From an uncultured Chloroflexia bacterium (GTDB taxonomy: Bacteria; Chloroflexota; UBA6077; JACCZL01): a stretch of 39,029 nucleotides of DNA. Where the stretch lies: assembly GCA_963765765.1 (NCBI GenBank), contig CAVXYC010000006.1, positions 1 through 39,029 of the forward strand. The letters are read 5' to 3'. The notes beneath the pieces were generated by a model, which worked only from the letters and a program-made list of their open reading frames with translations, was not told where the DNA came from and searched no databases. The position numbers and the translations under genes were made by a program. This document shows, piece after piece, positions 9,908 to 20,838 of the stretch (position 1 is its first letter; each line of letters opens with the position of its first letter).

Positions 9908-10834
9908 TTACGCATCCGCCCCATCACTGGGCTCAATCATTGTGAGCTCGCGGAAAAGCTTGTACCGCTCCTCGATATCGGGCCGCGTCAGCGTCGCTAG
10001 CCGATCCACTCCGAACGACTGAACTGTAAACGAGCCAACGACACTCCCGTGAACCAGCGCACGCCTGAGCGTGCTCCACGAGTAATCGTTACGTGAGGCT
10101 AGGTAACCGATGACGCCTCCGGCAAACGCATCGCCGGCCCCGGTTGGATCCTGCACATCATCCAGCGGGTATCCCGGGACCGCGAAAACACCGCTCTGGC
10201 CAACTACCACGCATCCGTGCTCGCCCTTCTTGATAATGACGGTCTTGGGCCCTCGAGCGAGAATGTTCTGCGCCGCGGCAATGAGATTGTAGGTATCCGC
10301 GTATTGCCGTGCTTCCTCGTCGTTCATCGTGACAACGTCCACCCGAGCGATAACCTCATCGAGCGCGTCACGGGCGATGTCGATCCAGAGATTCATGGAA
10401 TCGAGTGCCACCAACCGAGGCTGCCGAACCTGCTCCAATACCTGAAGCTGGAGCTGCGGATGAATATTGGCAAGAAAAACGATCTCAGATTCACGGTGGG
10501 CTTCAGGAATCTCGGGACTGAAGTCTGCGAACACGTTTAGCTGCGTATCGAGCGTGTCGCGGCTGTTCATATCGTAGCGATAGCGCCCGGACCAGCGGAA
10601 CGTCTTGCCGGGTACGCGCTGCAGGCCGGTCAGATTGATGCCGTGCGATTCGAGCAGGTTGACATGCGCGTCCGGAAAGTCGTCGCCAACCACGGCGACC
10701 ATACTGACTGGTGCATACAGTGAGGCGGCCAGCGCGAAATACGAGGCCGAGCCTCCGAGCACGTCCTCCGCTCGGCCAAATGGCGTCTCGAGCGTGTCCA
10801 AGCCTATGGACCCGACGAGAAGTATCGATGTCAC
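9908..10834 (-). CDS. PfkB-family carbohydrate/nucleoside kinase
   Basis: LGGSASY, KKGEHG and DPTGAGDAFAGG; the GTG start overlaps the mtnP stop (GTGA). Confidence 0.92.
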   Translation of the reverse strand: MTSILLVGSIGLDTLETPFGRAEDVLGGSASYFALAASLYAPVSMVAVVGDDFPDAHVNLLESHGINLTGLQRVPGKTFRWSGRYRYDMNSRDTLDTQLNVFADFSPEIPEAHRESEIVFLANIHPQLQLQVLEQVRQPRLVALDSMNLWIDIARDALDEVIARVDVVTMNDEEARQYADTYNLIAAAQNILARGPKTVIIKKGEHGCVVVGQSGVFAVPGYPLDDVQDPTGAGDAFAGGVIGYLASRNDYSWSTLRRALVHGSVVGSFTVQSFGVDRLATLTRPDIEERYKLFRELTMIEPSDGADA

Positions 10835-11641
10835 GAGATCACTGCCCCCTGAAGCGCTTGTCCGCAATCGCAGCCGCGCGCGCGCGGAATCGCTGGAATG
10901 AGACGCATCAACACGTCTTTGAGTCGCTCATTATTCGCATTAAACACCTTGATTACTTCGTCAACCGTAACGGTTGGAACGTCGGCACGACCTTCGAGCC
11001 CCACGTCGAAATCGGTGATCAGGGATACGTTCACATAGCAGAGCTCGAGCTCCCGTGCCAGCATGACCTCAGGATACTGAGTCATATTGATCACCTCCCA
11101 GCCGGCTCGATGAGAACCATCGGCTCTCCGCTCGGGTGGAAAATCGTGGCCCCTCGATCACTACGACAGTGCCGGATGGGTGAACGCTGATGCCGGCGTC
11201 TCGGCACGCGTTGGCCGCGAGGAGGCGCATCTCCGGGCAATACGGCTCGGCCGCGCTGACGTGGACAGTGCTGGGGCCGTCGAATATCGTCGCGGTTCGG
11301 CCGCTAGTACGATCAACGAACTGGTCACATACGACGAATTCGCCGGGCTTCACGTGTGGCTGGAGACTGCCCGCCGCGGCAGGGCCGATCACTCGTGTTA
11401 CGCCGAGAGACTTCAGCGCCGAGAGATTCGCCCGATAGTTGATGCGATGCGGTGGAAATTGGTGCTTCTTACCATGTCGCGGCAGGAAAGCCACACGGAC
11501 ATCGCCGATCAACCCAAGGGAGATCGTGTCGCTGGGATCGCCATAGGGCGTCTCCACTGCGACCTCGTGCGCGTCATCAAGCAGGGAATAGAAGCCGGAG
11601 CCGCCAATGACTCCGATATCTGCAACGTCCTGATTCTGGAT
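10831..11641 (-). CDS. mtnP: S-methyl-5'-thioadenosine phosphorylase (frameshift near 11100; start uncertain)
   Basis: IGVIGGSGFY, FLPRHG, DQFVDRT and IEGPRFSTRAES, then INMTQYPE...ITDFD in the next frame. Confidence 0.92.
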
Positions 11642-12059
11642 CGTTCTTCCCTTTATTCGGGATGTCCGCAAGTGTCTACCCGACCTCGCCGCCAGGAAGG
11701 CGCAAGCACCCCCAGGGAGTATCGGTGGGGAGACGGGCATGCGCCGCAGCGGTTATCACACGTTTCGGCGAGCGGCGGTCAATCCGCACTCTGGCCGAAT
11801 ACTGCTCGGCGAGGCTCGATCGAGGAGCGAAACACCTCGAAACTTCGGCGCGGAGTATAGCACGGGCGCATCTGGGCAGCGCTAACGGACGCTCCCGCGG
11901 GGAAGCGCCCTGGGGTGCGGCATAAGGGAGCGCCAGTTTGGATTGGCCGCGATGTCGCTGTCCGGGAGATTAGGAACTGAAAGTGATACTCCGCACACCG
12001 CACTCCAAGGCGCTTCGCTCACGGTCGGGTGTTAGACTTGGCCGCGGAGCAAATCTGCC

Positions 12060-12869
12060 ATGACGCACATCGTATCCATGATCGGCTTCGGCGCCATAGG
12101 TAAAGGCGTTGGAGAGCTTTTCGACAGGCGCAAGATCAGCAATGTGCGCCTCGAGCACATTCTCATCCGCGACCTCAATCGGATTCCTGGATCATGGCGC
12201 CACGACCCTCCCGGACAGTTCACCATAGACTCAGCTCGGTTTCTGGACGGTCGTTCAACGCTTGTCATCGAGGCCGCCGGACACGACGCGCTGACCGAGC
12301 ATGGAGAATTAGTCCTACGGGCCGGCAAGGACTTACTGGTTGTCAGCGTTGGCGCGCTCTCGGACGACTCGCTCCACGGGAAGCTCCTGACCGCGGCTCA
12401 GGCAGGCTCCTCGCGCTTACTTGTTGCGTCGGGTGCTATTGGCGCGCTCGACGCCATCTCGGCGGCGCGGGTTGGCGGTTTGGACGAGGTCATCCACACA
12501 ACCCGTAAGAACCCCCGCATGCTCTTCCCCGCTGATGAGGCATCGGAAGTGAATGCGCGGGGCGAGGAGCGCATCCTCTATGATGGTCCCGCGCGAGAAG
12601 GTGTGCGTCGATTTCCGGAAAACGTGAATGTCGCCGCGGCGGTAAGCCTCGCGGGAATAGGCTTCGACCGCACCATCCTCCGAGTCATCGCCGACCCAGG
12701 CGTAGATCGCAACATGCACGAGGTCGTTGCGCGCGGCTACTTTGGGGAGCTTCGACTCGAGATGCGTAACATCCCATCAGACGCGAACCCGAAAACAGGA
12801 CGCATCGTAGCCCTGAGCATCGCCAAGGCTCTGATGAACCGCACGGCTACTGAGGTGATCGGAGTCTAG
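12060..12869 (+). CDS. nadX: L-aspartate dehydrogenase
   Basis: GFGAIG, EAAG, SVGAL, SGAIGALD, FPENVNVAA and NPKT. Confidence 0.9.
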   Translation: MTHIVSMIGFGAIGKGVGELFDRRKISNVRLEHILIRDLNRIPGSWRHDPPGQFTIDSARFLDGRSTLVIEAAGHDALTEHGELVLRAGKDLLVVSVGALSDDSLHGKLLTAAQAGSSRLLVASGAIGALDAISAARVGGLDEVIHTTRKNPRMLFPADEASEVNARGEERILYDGPAREGVRRFPENVNVAAAVSLAGIGFDRTILRVIADPGVDRNMHEVVARGYFGELRLEMRNIPSDANPKTGRIVALSIAKALMNRTATEVIGV

Positions 12870-12919
12870 CCTGGCGCTGGCGCGTGAACGCCCGGTGCAT
12901 ACTGAGTTGGTGCCTTCGG

Positions 12920-14474
12920 CTAGTCGGAGTCCACGCGGGTCACTTTCCCGCCCTTGACCTCACTGGTGAATAGCTTTGTGCCGCCGAACGCGGGATGCTC
13001 TACGGTGATCTCGTATTTCCCGATCGGCAGGTCCACAAAACCCGCAAAGCCGTTGCCATCCGCAATCTGGTTGCGTGCGTCCTGGCCAGTTACCTTCACC
13101 CGTGCGCCATCGAAATCACGTCCCAGAGAGAGCATCAAGTAGCCGCGATCGCTGGCAGACCTCCATGACATCTCGGGCACGGGAGCGGGCCGACTGAAGA
13201 GCGAGCTACGGCCCATGGATGTATCCCCGGCCGCCATGGCTGAGAGCATCCTTGCCGAGCCCACGTCATCACCGGGATCGTCGTTGGTCTGAGTCTGGTT
13301 CGAGACCGCGTAAGAATAAAGCGAGACTCCGACAACTCGACGACTGGAGCTCACGGCGGCCCGAACTCGCTCGACCTGGTCCAGCGTTGCCGCCGGCGTG
13401 TTGAGATAGGCGCCCAACCCCATGACAACCTGTCGGTTGTTGGGCTGATTCTTAGCCCATTGAATCCAGCCGTCGAACCATTGCTTCTGCGACGGATTGT
13501 CCTCACGGCTGTAGTTCATTGTGACGGCCAGATCCAGAATTCCTTCGTTGAGCCATGAACGCCAATCCTGGAACACAGCACCATATGCCGACGTCCGTTG
13601 CCAATCAGCGTCGCTCGTAGGATATCTGCCCCAGGGAATCACGGCGGCGCTGAGCTTCAGGCGTGGATTGATAGCCGCGGACTCCACATAAATGCGACGG
13701 ACTAGAGCCGTCATTTGATCCCGTCGCCAATCCGCCCACAGGGGATCATTAGGATCGGGATTTCCGGTGCGCTGATAGCGATCGTTGAAGCGGGCGACGC
13801 TGGCCATGTTGTAGCCCCAGCGCTTCTGCGCTGGACTGCCTTCCGGATAGCGGACGCGATCGAGGTGCAACCCGTCGATATCGTAGTTCTTCACCAGCGA
13901 CATGCTGACGTTGACGATGTGCGTGGCCGCATCCGGATTCCCCGGATCCAGGTCGAAGCCCTCGCCATCCCAGGTCTCGCCATCATCGCGCCGCATCAGC
14001 CAGTAGTCGCCGCCGTCTTTGCCCGGACCATGCACATTCATCACGTGGTCGGCATCCCGCGGCAAGGCGTCCTTGTTCGACCAGATGGGCACGGTGGAGA
14101 TCCATGCGTGCACCTCGATGCGCGGCTCGTCTGCATGAGCCTTGTTGATGATGTACTGCAACGCATCGAAGTTCGGCGCAAAGCTGGGGTCTTCTGCCCT
14201 GGGCTCGATCCGATTGTCGAAATAGGCGTCGCCACGCCGACGAACCTGGACGATAAGGGTGTTGAAGTTGCCCTTGCGAGCATCGGCGATGAGCTGATCC
14301 GCCTGGCGCGGTGTCTTGAACCCGTCATGATACGCGTCAACCCAGAGCGCCCGAACTTCCGGCGGATCCTGGTTCCCAGATTGGGCAAAAGCGGATGACG
14401 CGGGCAGGAGTAGCACCAGTGCTACCAGACTCAACAGACCATTTCGACAGGCTCGATGGAGCGCGAATCAACAT
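12920..14474 (-). CDS. Secreted GHL10 (DUF187/YddW-like) glycoside hydrolase with C-terminal beta domain
   Basis: EVRALWV, QVRRRGDAY, EVHAW, YDIDGLHLDRVRY and QDWRSW; signal peptide. The best RBS+ATG (14474) is one base out of frame, so a probable indel. Confidence 0.88.
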
Positions 14475-14704
14475 GTACCTCGTTCGTGGGCAGTAAAGCT
14501 CATGATTATGAACGTGATCGTCATTGCATCTGACCCGGACGACGACACAGTTGAGAAACGATTCATGCTGATTCTGGGTTGCGGAGAAACCGTCCACGGC
14601 ATTCGACCGTGCTTCATTGACGATCGCGGTTACCACAGAGCACACTCGTATTGGAGCCGGTCGCGCTATAAATTGCGACGCGGTCGGCGTTGAGGGAGGG
14701 CACT

Positions 14705-15076
14705 GTGTCCCTTTGGGACCGCGTGAAAGGCATGTTCGGCTCATCCGAGAAGGATCCCGAGGATGACGACGGAGAGGCGTTCTATCTGTACATTGCGTGC
14801 GACCGTTGCAATGATCTCGTATCCGTCCGAGTGAATCGCCGCAACGATCTCTCACAGGAGTTCAATCCGTCCACAGGTGCTGTTACGAGCTTCCGATACC
14901 AGAAGGGCATCGTTGATCAGCGCTGCTTTCGTCCGATCCAGGTGACACTCACGTTCGACTCGAGCCAGCGTGAGGAGATGCGCGATATCGCCGGTGGCCG
15001 ATTTATCACGCGCGAGGAGTTTCGCGCTGCACAGGCCGGGAACCGTCAGAGTGGTGAAACGAAGGCTGAAGAGTGA
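14705..15076 (+). CDS. Conserved hypothetical protein (CxxC...C)
   Basis: GGAGG RBS plus GTG; its stop overlaps the translin start (GTGA). Confidence 0.75.
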   Translation: MSLWDRVKGMFGSSEKDPEDDDGEAFYLYIACDRCNDLVSVRVNRRNDLSQEFNPSTGAVTSFRYQKGIVDQRCFRPIQVTLTFDSSQREEMRDIAGGRFITREEFRAAQAGNRQSGETKAEE

Positions 15077-15705
15077 GTGACCTGCCGCAGATCGAGGGAT
15101 GGCTGCGGGCGGAGTTGGATAAGAAGAACGCGGCGCGGGAACGCGCGCTTGCCGCTTCGCGTGAGTTAATTCGCCTGTGCGCCAACGCCATCCGTGCAGT
15201 TCATCGTTCTGACACAGCGCAGGCGGATGATCTTCTGGAGCAGGCCAGAGCAAGGAACGCGGCGATTGTCACGCTCCTATCACCACATCCGGACCTGTAC
15301 TACGCGGGCTACGTGCAGGATGCGCAGAAAGAGCTGGCGGAGGCGGAGTGCACTCGGCGGCTCGTATCCGGCGAGGCGCTGCCAGATCCGCTCTCACTCG
15401 GCATCGCGGCAGCACCCTTTGCCAATGGGCTCGCCGAAGCAGTGGGCGAGCTGCGCAGGTTCATTCTGGATCAACTTCGACAGAACGACTTGTCGCGAGT
15501 CGAGTCGCTGCTTGAAAGCATGGACGAGATCTATAGCCTTCTGGTGACTATTGACTATCCCGATGCACTCACCGGTGGACTTCGGCGAACCACCGACACA
15601 ACACGATCGATCCTGGAGCGCACTCGCGGCGATCTCACTGTGGCCCTTCGTCAGCAGAAACTAGAGCAGTCGCTGCTGAATCTGGAATCGCGCCTGCGGG
15701 ACTAG
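15073..15705 (+). CDS. Translin/TRAX family protein (archaeal C3PO-like)
   Basis: RERALAASRELIR, QKELAEA, GLAEAVGELRR and LRRTTDTTRSILERTRGD; all-helical. Confidence 0.85.
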   Translation: MSDLPQIEGWLRAELDKKNAARERALAASRELIRLCANAIRAVHRSDTAQADDLLEQARARNAAIVTLLSPHPDLYYAGYVQDAQKELAEAECTRRLVSGEALPDPLSLGIAAAPFANGLAEAVGELRRFILDQLRQNDLSRVESLLESMDEIYSLLVTIDYPDALTGGLRRTTDTTRSILERTRGDLTVALRQQKLEQSLLNLESRLRD

Positions 15706-15745
15706 CCACCGGGGAACAAACCGCGAAATCGGTGTCTTCGGCGAC

Positions 15746-15770
15746 GGCCCGTAGAGCCAGACTACGGGCC
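15746..15770. terminator. Hairpin downstream of translin
   Basis: GGCCCGTAG-N7-CTACGGGCC. Confidence 0.45.
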
Positions 15771-16018
15771 CTTCGCTGTTACTAGCCGATCACGCGCTGG
15801 GAGTCACAAACTCGGCATTCGGTGACCGTACCGGAGCGATGCGTCTGGCTTCGGCAGCGCATCGCTCCGCGAGATGATGTTGCATCCCATGCGCTGCATC
15901 GATCTCCTGGATCTCGAGCTGAATGTACTCGTCCTGGTTAAGGCGGAGTTTCATTCGGGATCCAGGAGTTGGGGGGTACTCCAAGCGCTTCACCCGATGC
16001 CTGATACCATCCATCCGT

Positions 16019-16768
16019 ATGCTCGAGTATGAAGGTCTTCACTGGGCGGTTCTCACCCTGACGTTTGCGGGTTTCGTGAAGGGCGCCACCGGGTTCGGTC
16101 TTCCGCTCCTAGCCGTCCCGGCCCTGGCCAACATTCTCGGACCAAAGATGGCCGTGATCATTATGTCCATCCCAACACTGTTCGCGGGCGCGGCAATGGT
16201 CATACAGACTCGCTCCTGGGAAGTGCTGGGAAGCATGGGCCCACTCCGCTGGCTCATCGTAACCCTCGTTCTGGGTACGGTCATCGGAGCCAACCTACTG
16301 GCTTTTCTCGATCCAACCGTCATCGGTATTGCCGTGGGCTTCACCGCCCTGGCGTTCACGGTCATTGCGCTCAAGGGACAATCCATCGACATTCGCGATC
16401 AGGCCGGCCGATTGACGCCCATTGTCGGCATGTTCGCCGGTATCTTGAATGGAACGACGAACATCTCCGGTCCGCTCATCGCCATTTATCTGAGATGCCT
16501 ACGACTCGATAAGCGCACCTTTATCTCCGCCATCAATCTGCTATTTACCTGCACCGGTCTGGTGCAGATCGCCTCGTACCTGAAGCTCGGGCTCTATTCC
16601 TCGGAAACTCTGATGCTCTCATTGAGCGCTTGCGTCCCGATCGCCATCGGCGTCGCCGTCGGGCTCCGAGCCAACTTCTTGATGGGTCAGAAGCTGTTCG
16701 ATCGCCTCGTCCTGGCACTCATCTTCATCTCGGGCCTGCGGCTGCTGATCGGGTCCGTCGTCAGATAG
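16019..16768 (+). CDS. TauE/SafE sulfite exporter family membrane protein
   Basis: AGFVKGATGFG and GILNGTTNISGP, about 8 TM helices; TG-A-TACCAT 8 nt before the ATG suggests a leaderless transcript. Confidence 0.88.
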   Translation: MLEYEGLHWAVLTLTFAGFVKGATGFGLPLLAVPALANILGPKMAVIIMSIPTLFAGAAMVIQTRSWEVLGSMGPLRWLIVTLVLGTVIGANLLAFLDPTVIGIAVGFTALAFTVIALKGQSIDIRDQAGRLTPIVGMFAGILNGTTNISGPLIAIYLRCLRLDKRTFISAINLLFTCTGLVQIASYLKLGLYSSETLMLSLSACVPIAIGVAVGLRANFLMGQKLFDRLVLALIFISGLRLLIGSVVR

Positions 16769-16905
16769 CAAAGCAATGACCTGGATAGCCCTGAGGCCTG
16801 GTGGCAGGTAGTAGCCCTGCGGTGGCGAGGAAGCATTGTTCACGATGATCTAGTAGACCACTGCGCAGCTATAATCGCCTCCTAGCTGCCGAGACAATTT
16901 TCCTG

Positions 16906-19030
16906 ATGCCGCCTGATCCTGCTCTCAACACGACTGAGTTCACGCCAGCTCGGTTTCGCGTGGGGGTGGACATCGGCGGGACGTTTACCGATCTGGTTTT
17001 GATCGACGACGCTACGGGGCAGATGACGGTCGGCAAGACGCTCACCACCCCTCGAGCCCCCGCGGAGGCCGTCGGCAACCTGCTCGCCGACGTGATCCAG
17101 CGCGCGAGCGTGGACGCCCGGCGCATCAAGCACGTTGTCCACGGAACTACGCTGGTCACGAACGCCATCATTGAGCGCAAAGGCGCGCTCACCGCGCTGC
17201 TCACCACACGCGGATTTCGGGATGCTTATGAGATCGGCCGCGAGCATCGCTACGATCTCTACGACCTGTTTCTAGAGATGCCACAACCGCTCGTTCCGCG
17301 CCATCTGCGGCTCGAGGTGAATGAGCGCGTCTACGCGGATGGGACGGTGGCACGAGCGCTCGACGAAGCGGACGCCCGAGATCTGGTAGCGGAGATCGCC
17401 ACGAAAGGCATCTCCGCCATCGCCGTGTGTTTGCTGCACAGCTATGCCAACCCGGCGCATGAGCAGCTTCTCGCGCGGATCATCCGCGAACTAGCGCCAT
17501 CGATCCAGGTCTCCATCTCATCTGAGGTCGTCCCCGAGATTCGCGAGTACGAACGAACTTCGACGACCGTTGCCAACGTCTACGTGCAACAGCTCGTGGA
17601 CGAGTATCTGGCCGACCTCGAGGGCAAGCTCGACGCGCTCGGGTTCAGCGGCAGTCTGTTCATCATGCTTTCATCCGGGGGCATCGCCACGCTGGAGACA
17701 GCACGCGCATTTCCGATCCGTCTGCTGGAGTCCGGCCCCGCGGCCGGGGCTCTCGCGGCCGCCCATTACGGTCAGGCCGCGAACATGCCCAACGTGCTGG
17801 CATTTGATATGGGCGGCACCACGGCAAAGCTCTGCCTCATTGAAAACGCTCAGCCACGCGTGGTGAACGACTTCGAAGTGGATAGGAAGTATCGCTTCAA
17901 GCGCGGCTCGGGACTACCGGTCAAGGTGCCCGTGGTCGAGCTCATCGAGATCGGTGCTGGCGGTGGCTCCATCGCGCGAGTCGATAGTCTCGGGCTGCTC
18001 AACGTAGGTCCTGAGAGTGCTGGTTCCGAGCCGGGCCCCGCTTGCTACGGCCGCGGCGGAAGCCTTCCCACCGTCACCGACGCCGATCTCATCCTCGGAT
18101 ACCTCGACGAGCGGTTTTTCCTGGGTGGGCAGATGCGGCTGGACCGAGCCGCGGCCGAGGAAGCGCTTCGCGAAGTGGTAGCCGAGCCGTTGAGGTTTGA
18201 GCTTGACCGAGGCCGCCTGGGGCGTTCACCAGATTGCGAATGAAAGTATGGCAAACGCCGCGCGCGTCCATGCGATAGAGCGGGGGCGGGATCCACGCGC
18301 GTTTCCGCTGTTTGCTTTCGGCGGTGCAGGTCCGGTGCACGCGTATGGTGTGGCTCAAATTTTGAAATCGCCGAGGATGGTGGCGCCGTTCGGCGCGGGC
18401 GTCACCTCGAGCGTCGGGTTCCTGACGGCGCCGCTCGCCTTCGACTTCGTCCGGTCGCGCTACGCCCGCCTGGGGCAGGTGGAATGGAACGAGATCAACC
18501 AGATCTATGATGAGCTGACTCGGCAGGGCGAAGCGATTCTGCTCGCCGCGGATGTCCCAGCAGCGTCCATTCAGTATCGTCGACAGGCGGATGTGCGTTA
18601 CGCGGGACAGGGCCATGAGGTGCGCATCGATATTCCGACCGGGCGCCTCGACGAGAGCTCGCTTGCTGCCATCCGCGACACGTTCGGGCGCGCCTATATA
18701 GCCCTGTACGGGAGACCGGGCCCGGATGTGGACCTTGAAGTGATGACCTGGCGTGTCACCGTCTCAGGACCTAAGCCTGAGCTGCTGCTATCCTCGACCA
18801 ACCATCGCCAGGTCGGGAATGCAGAGCCAAAGGGAAAGCGCCCAGCCTACTTCCCGGAGTGGCGCGAGCATCGACCTGTTCCCGTATACGATCGCTATGC
18901 ACTGACCTCCGGCTGCGCCTTCGAAGGGCCTGCGATCGTGGAAGAACGTGAATCCACCGTTATCGTTGGCCCCGGCGCGCGGGTCACGGTGGACGATAGT
19001 CGAAATCTGTGCGTGGAGATGAAGCCGTGA
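16906..19030 (+). CDS. Hydantoinase A/oxoprolinase subunit (frameshift near 18195)
   Basis: GVDIGGTFTD, HGTT, ESGPAAG, DMGGTT, GAGGGS, then AFGGAGPVH and GPAIVEE. Confidence 0.93.
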
Positions 19031-20776
19031 CCCAGACTCGAGAAACGATCGACACGGTCACGCTGGAAGTGCTCTGGAACCGCGTGCTTTCGGTCACGAA
19101 TGAGCAGCAAGCCGCGCTCATCCGCACGGCATTCTCAACAGTGGTCCGCGAGTCTCAGGATCTCGCCTGCGGCGTCTTCGACACACGCGGCAACATGATC
19201 GCACAGTCCGACACTGGCACCCCCGGTCACATCAACGCCATGGCCACGTGCATGCGCCACTTCATGGCCGTCTATCCCGAAGACACACTTTCCCCAGGCG
19301 ACGTCCTCATTACCAATGATCCCTGGATGACCGCCGGCCAGATCAACGACATCACGCTGGTCACGCCGATCTTCCGCAACGGGCATGTGGCCGCCTACTT
19401 TGCCAACACTTGCCACATGGTGGACATCGGTGGACGCATTCTCTCCGCTGAGGCGCGCGAGGTCTATGAAGAAGGCCTCTACATTCCCATCATGAAGCTT
19501 TTCGATGCGGGTGAGCGTAACGAAGTGCTCTTCAAGCTGATCCGTGGCAACGTGCGCACACCGGACGAGGTGGAGGGGGATCTGCATGCCATGGCCACCT
19601 GCAACGACGTGGGTGGTCGGCGTTTGCTGGAGTTCATGGACGAGTTCGGACTGGACAGCATCGATCCGCTTGCTGACCAGATCATCGAGCGCTCGGAGCG
19701 CGCCATGCGCGCCGCAATTTCCGAGATTCCTGACGGTGAGTACGAGAACGAGGTCTGGAGCGACGGCTATGAAGAGCCGGTGCTGCTGAAAGCGCGCGTC
19801 ATCGTGCACGGCGATGAGCTCACCGTGGATCACACCGGCAGCTCACCGCAAAGTCGCTTCGGCATCAATGTCGTCTTGAATTACACGCACGCCTACACCA
19901 GTTTCGCCATCAAGTGTGCGATCAGCCCGGAAGTACCGCACAACGAGGGCGCGTTCCGACCCGTCCACGTAATTGCCCCCGAGGGGCTGCATCCTGAATG
20001 CAACGCATCCCGCCCCGGTGGCGGCACGGCATCTCGTGGGCCACTTTCTGCCGGGCCTCATCTTCGGCGCGCTGGCGAAAGCGATGCCGGATCGGGTGAT
20101 GGCCGATGGCGCGGCCTCGCTCTGGATCACCATGTTCCGCGGCAAGAAGCTGAGCGGCGATCCGTACACATTTATGCTCTTCCAGTGCGGTGGGACCGGC
20201 GCCCGGCCAATCAAGGACGGCTTGAACAACGTGGGCTTCCCCAGCGGCGTGGCCGGCGTGCCGGCGGAGGTCATGGAGAATCTCACAAGCCTGGTGATGG
20301 AGCGACGCGAGGTCCGCCCAGACTCCGCCGGCCCGGGCCGCTTCCGTGGTGGCTGCGGTCAGACGACCAGCTTTTCTAGTAGGAGCGATGAGCCGTGGTA
20401 CATGTCCGGTATGTACGACCGACTCCAGCACGCACCGGGCGGACTACTTGGTGGCGGGGCAGGCATCTCCGGCGCTTTTGAGCTAAGTGATGGCAACCAC
20501 CCGAATCCCAAAGAGCTCCTGTACCTCGAGCCCACGACTTCCGCTCGCAGCGATCTTCCAGGCGGTGGCGGATTCTTCGATCCTTTCGAGCGCGACCCGC
20601 GGGCTGTTCTGGCCGACGTGATAAATGGTTACGTCACCCTGGAAGCAGCCCGCCGTGAGTACGGCGTGGTGATTCACAGTCACGTATCCAAGTCGCAGCG
20701 CATATGGACCAGCTCAGATTTCGTTCTCGACGAAGCCGCCACGCTGGCGCTCCGTGGCAAACGCCAGACACCCTAG
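19027..20776 (+). CDS. Hydantoinase B/oxoprolinase subunit (frameshift near 19980)
   Basis: RTAFSTVVRE, NDPW, HMVDIGG, EEGL, DSAGPGRFRGG and PGGGGF. Confidence 0.93.
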
Positions 20777-20838
20777 CGAGCAAGCCACCCCGCGGGACTC
20801 CGTGGGGCGGGCGTCCCTGCCCGGCGTCCTTGCCGGCT

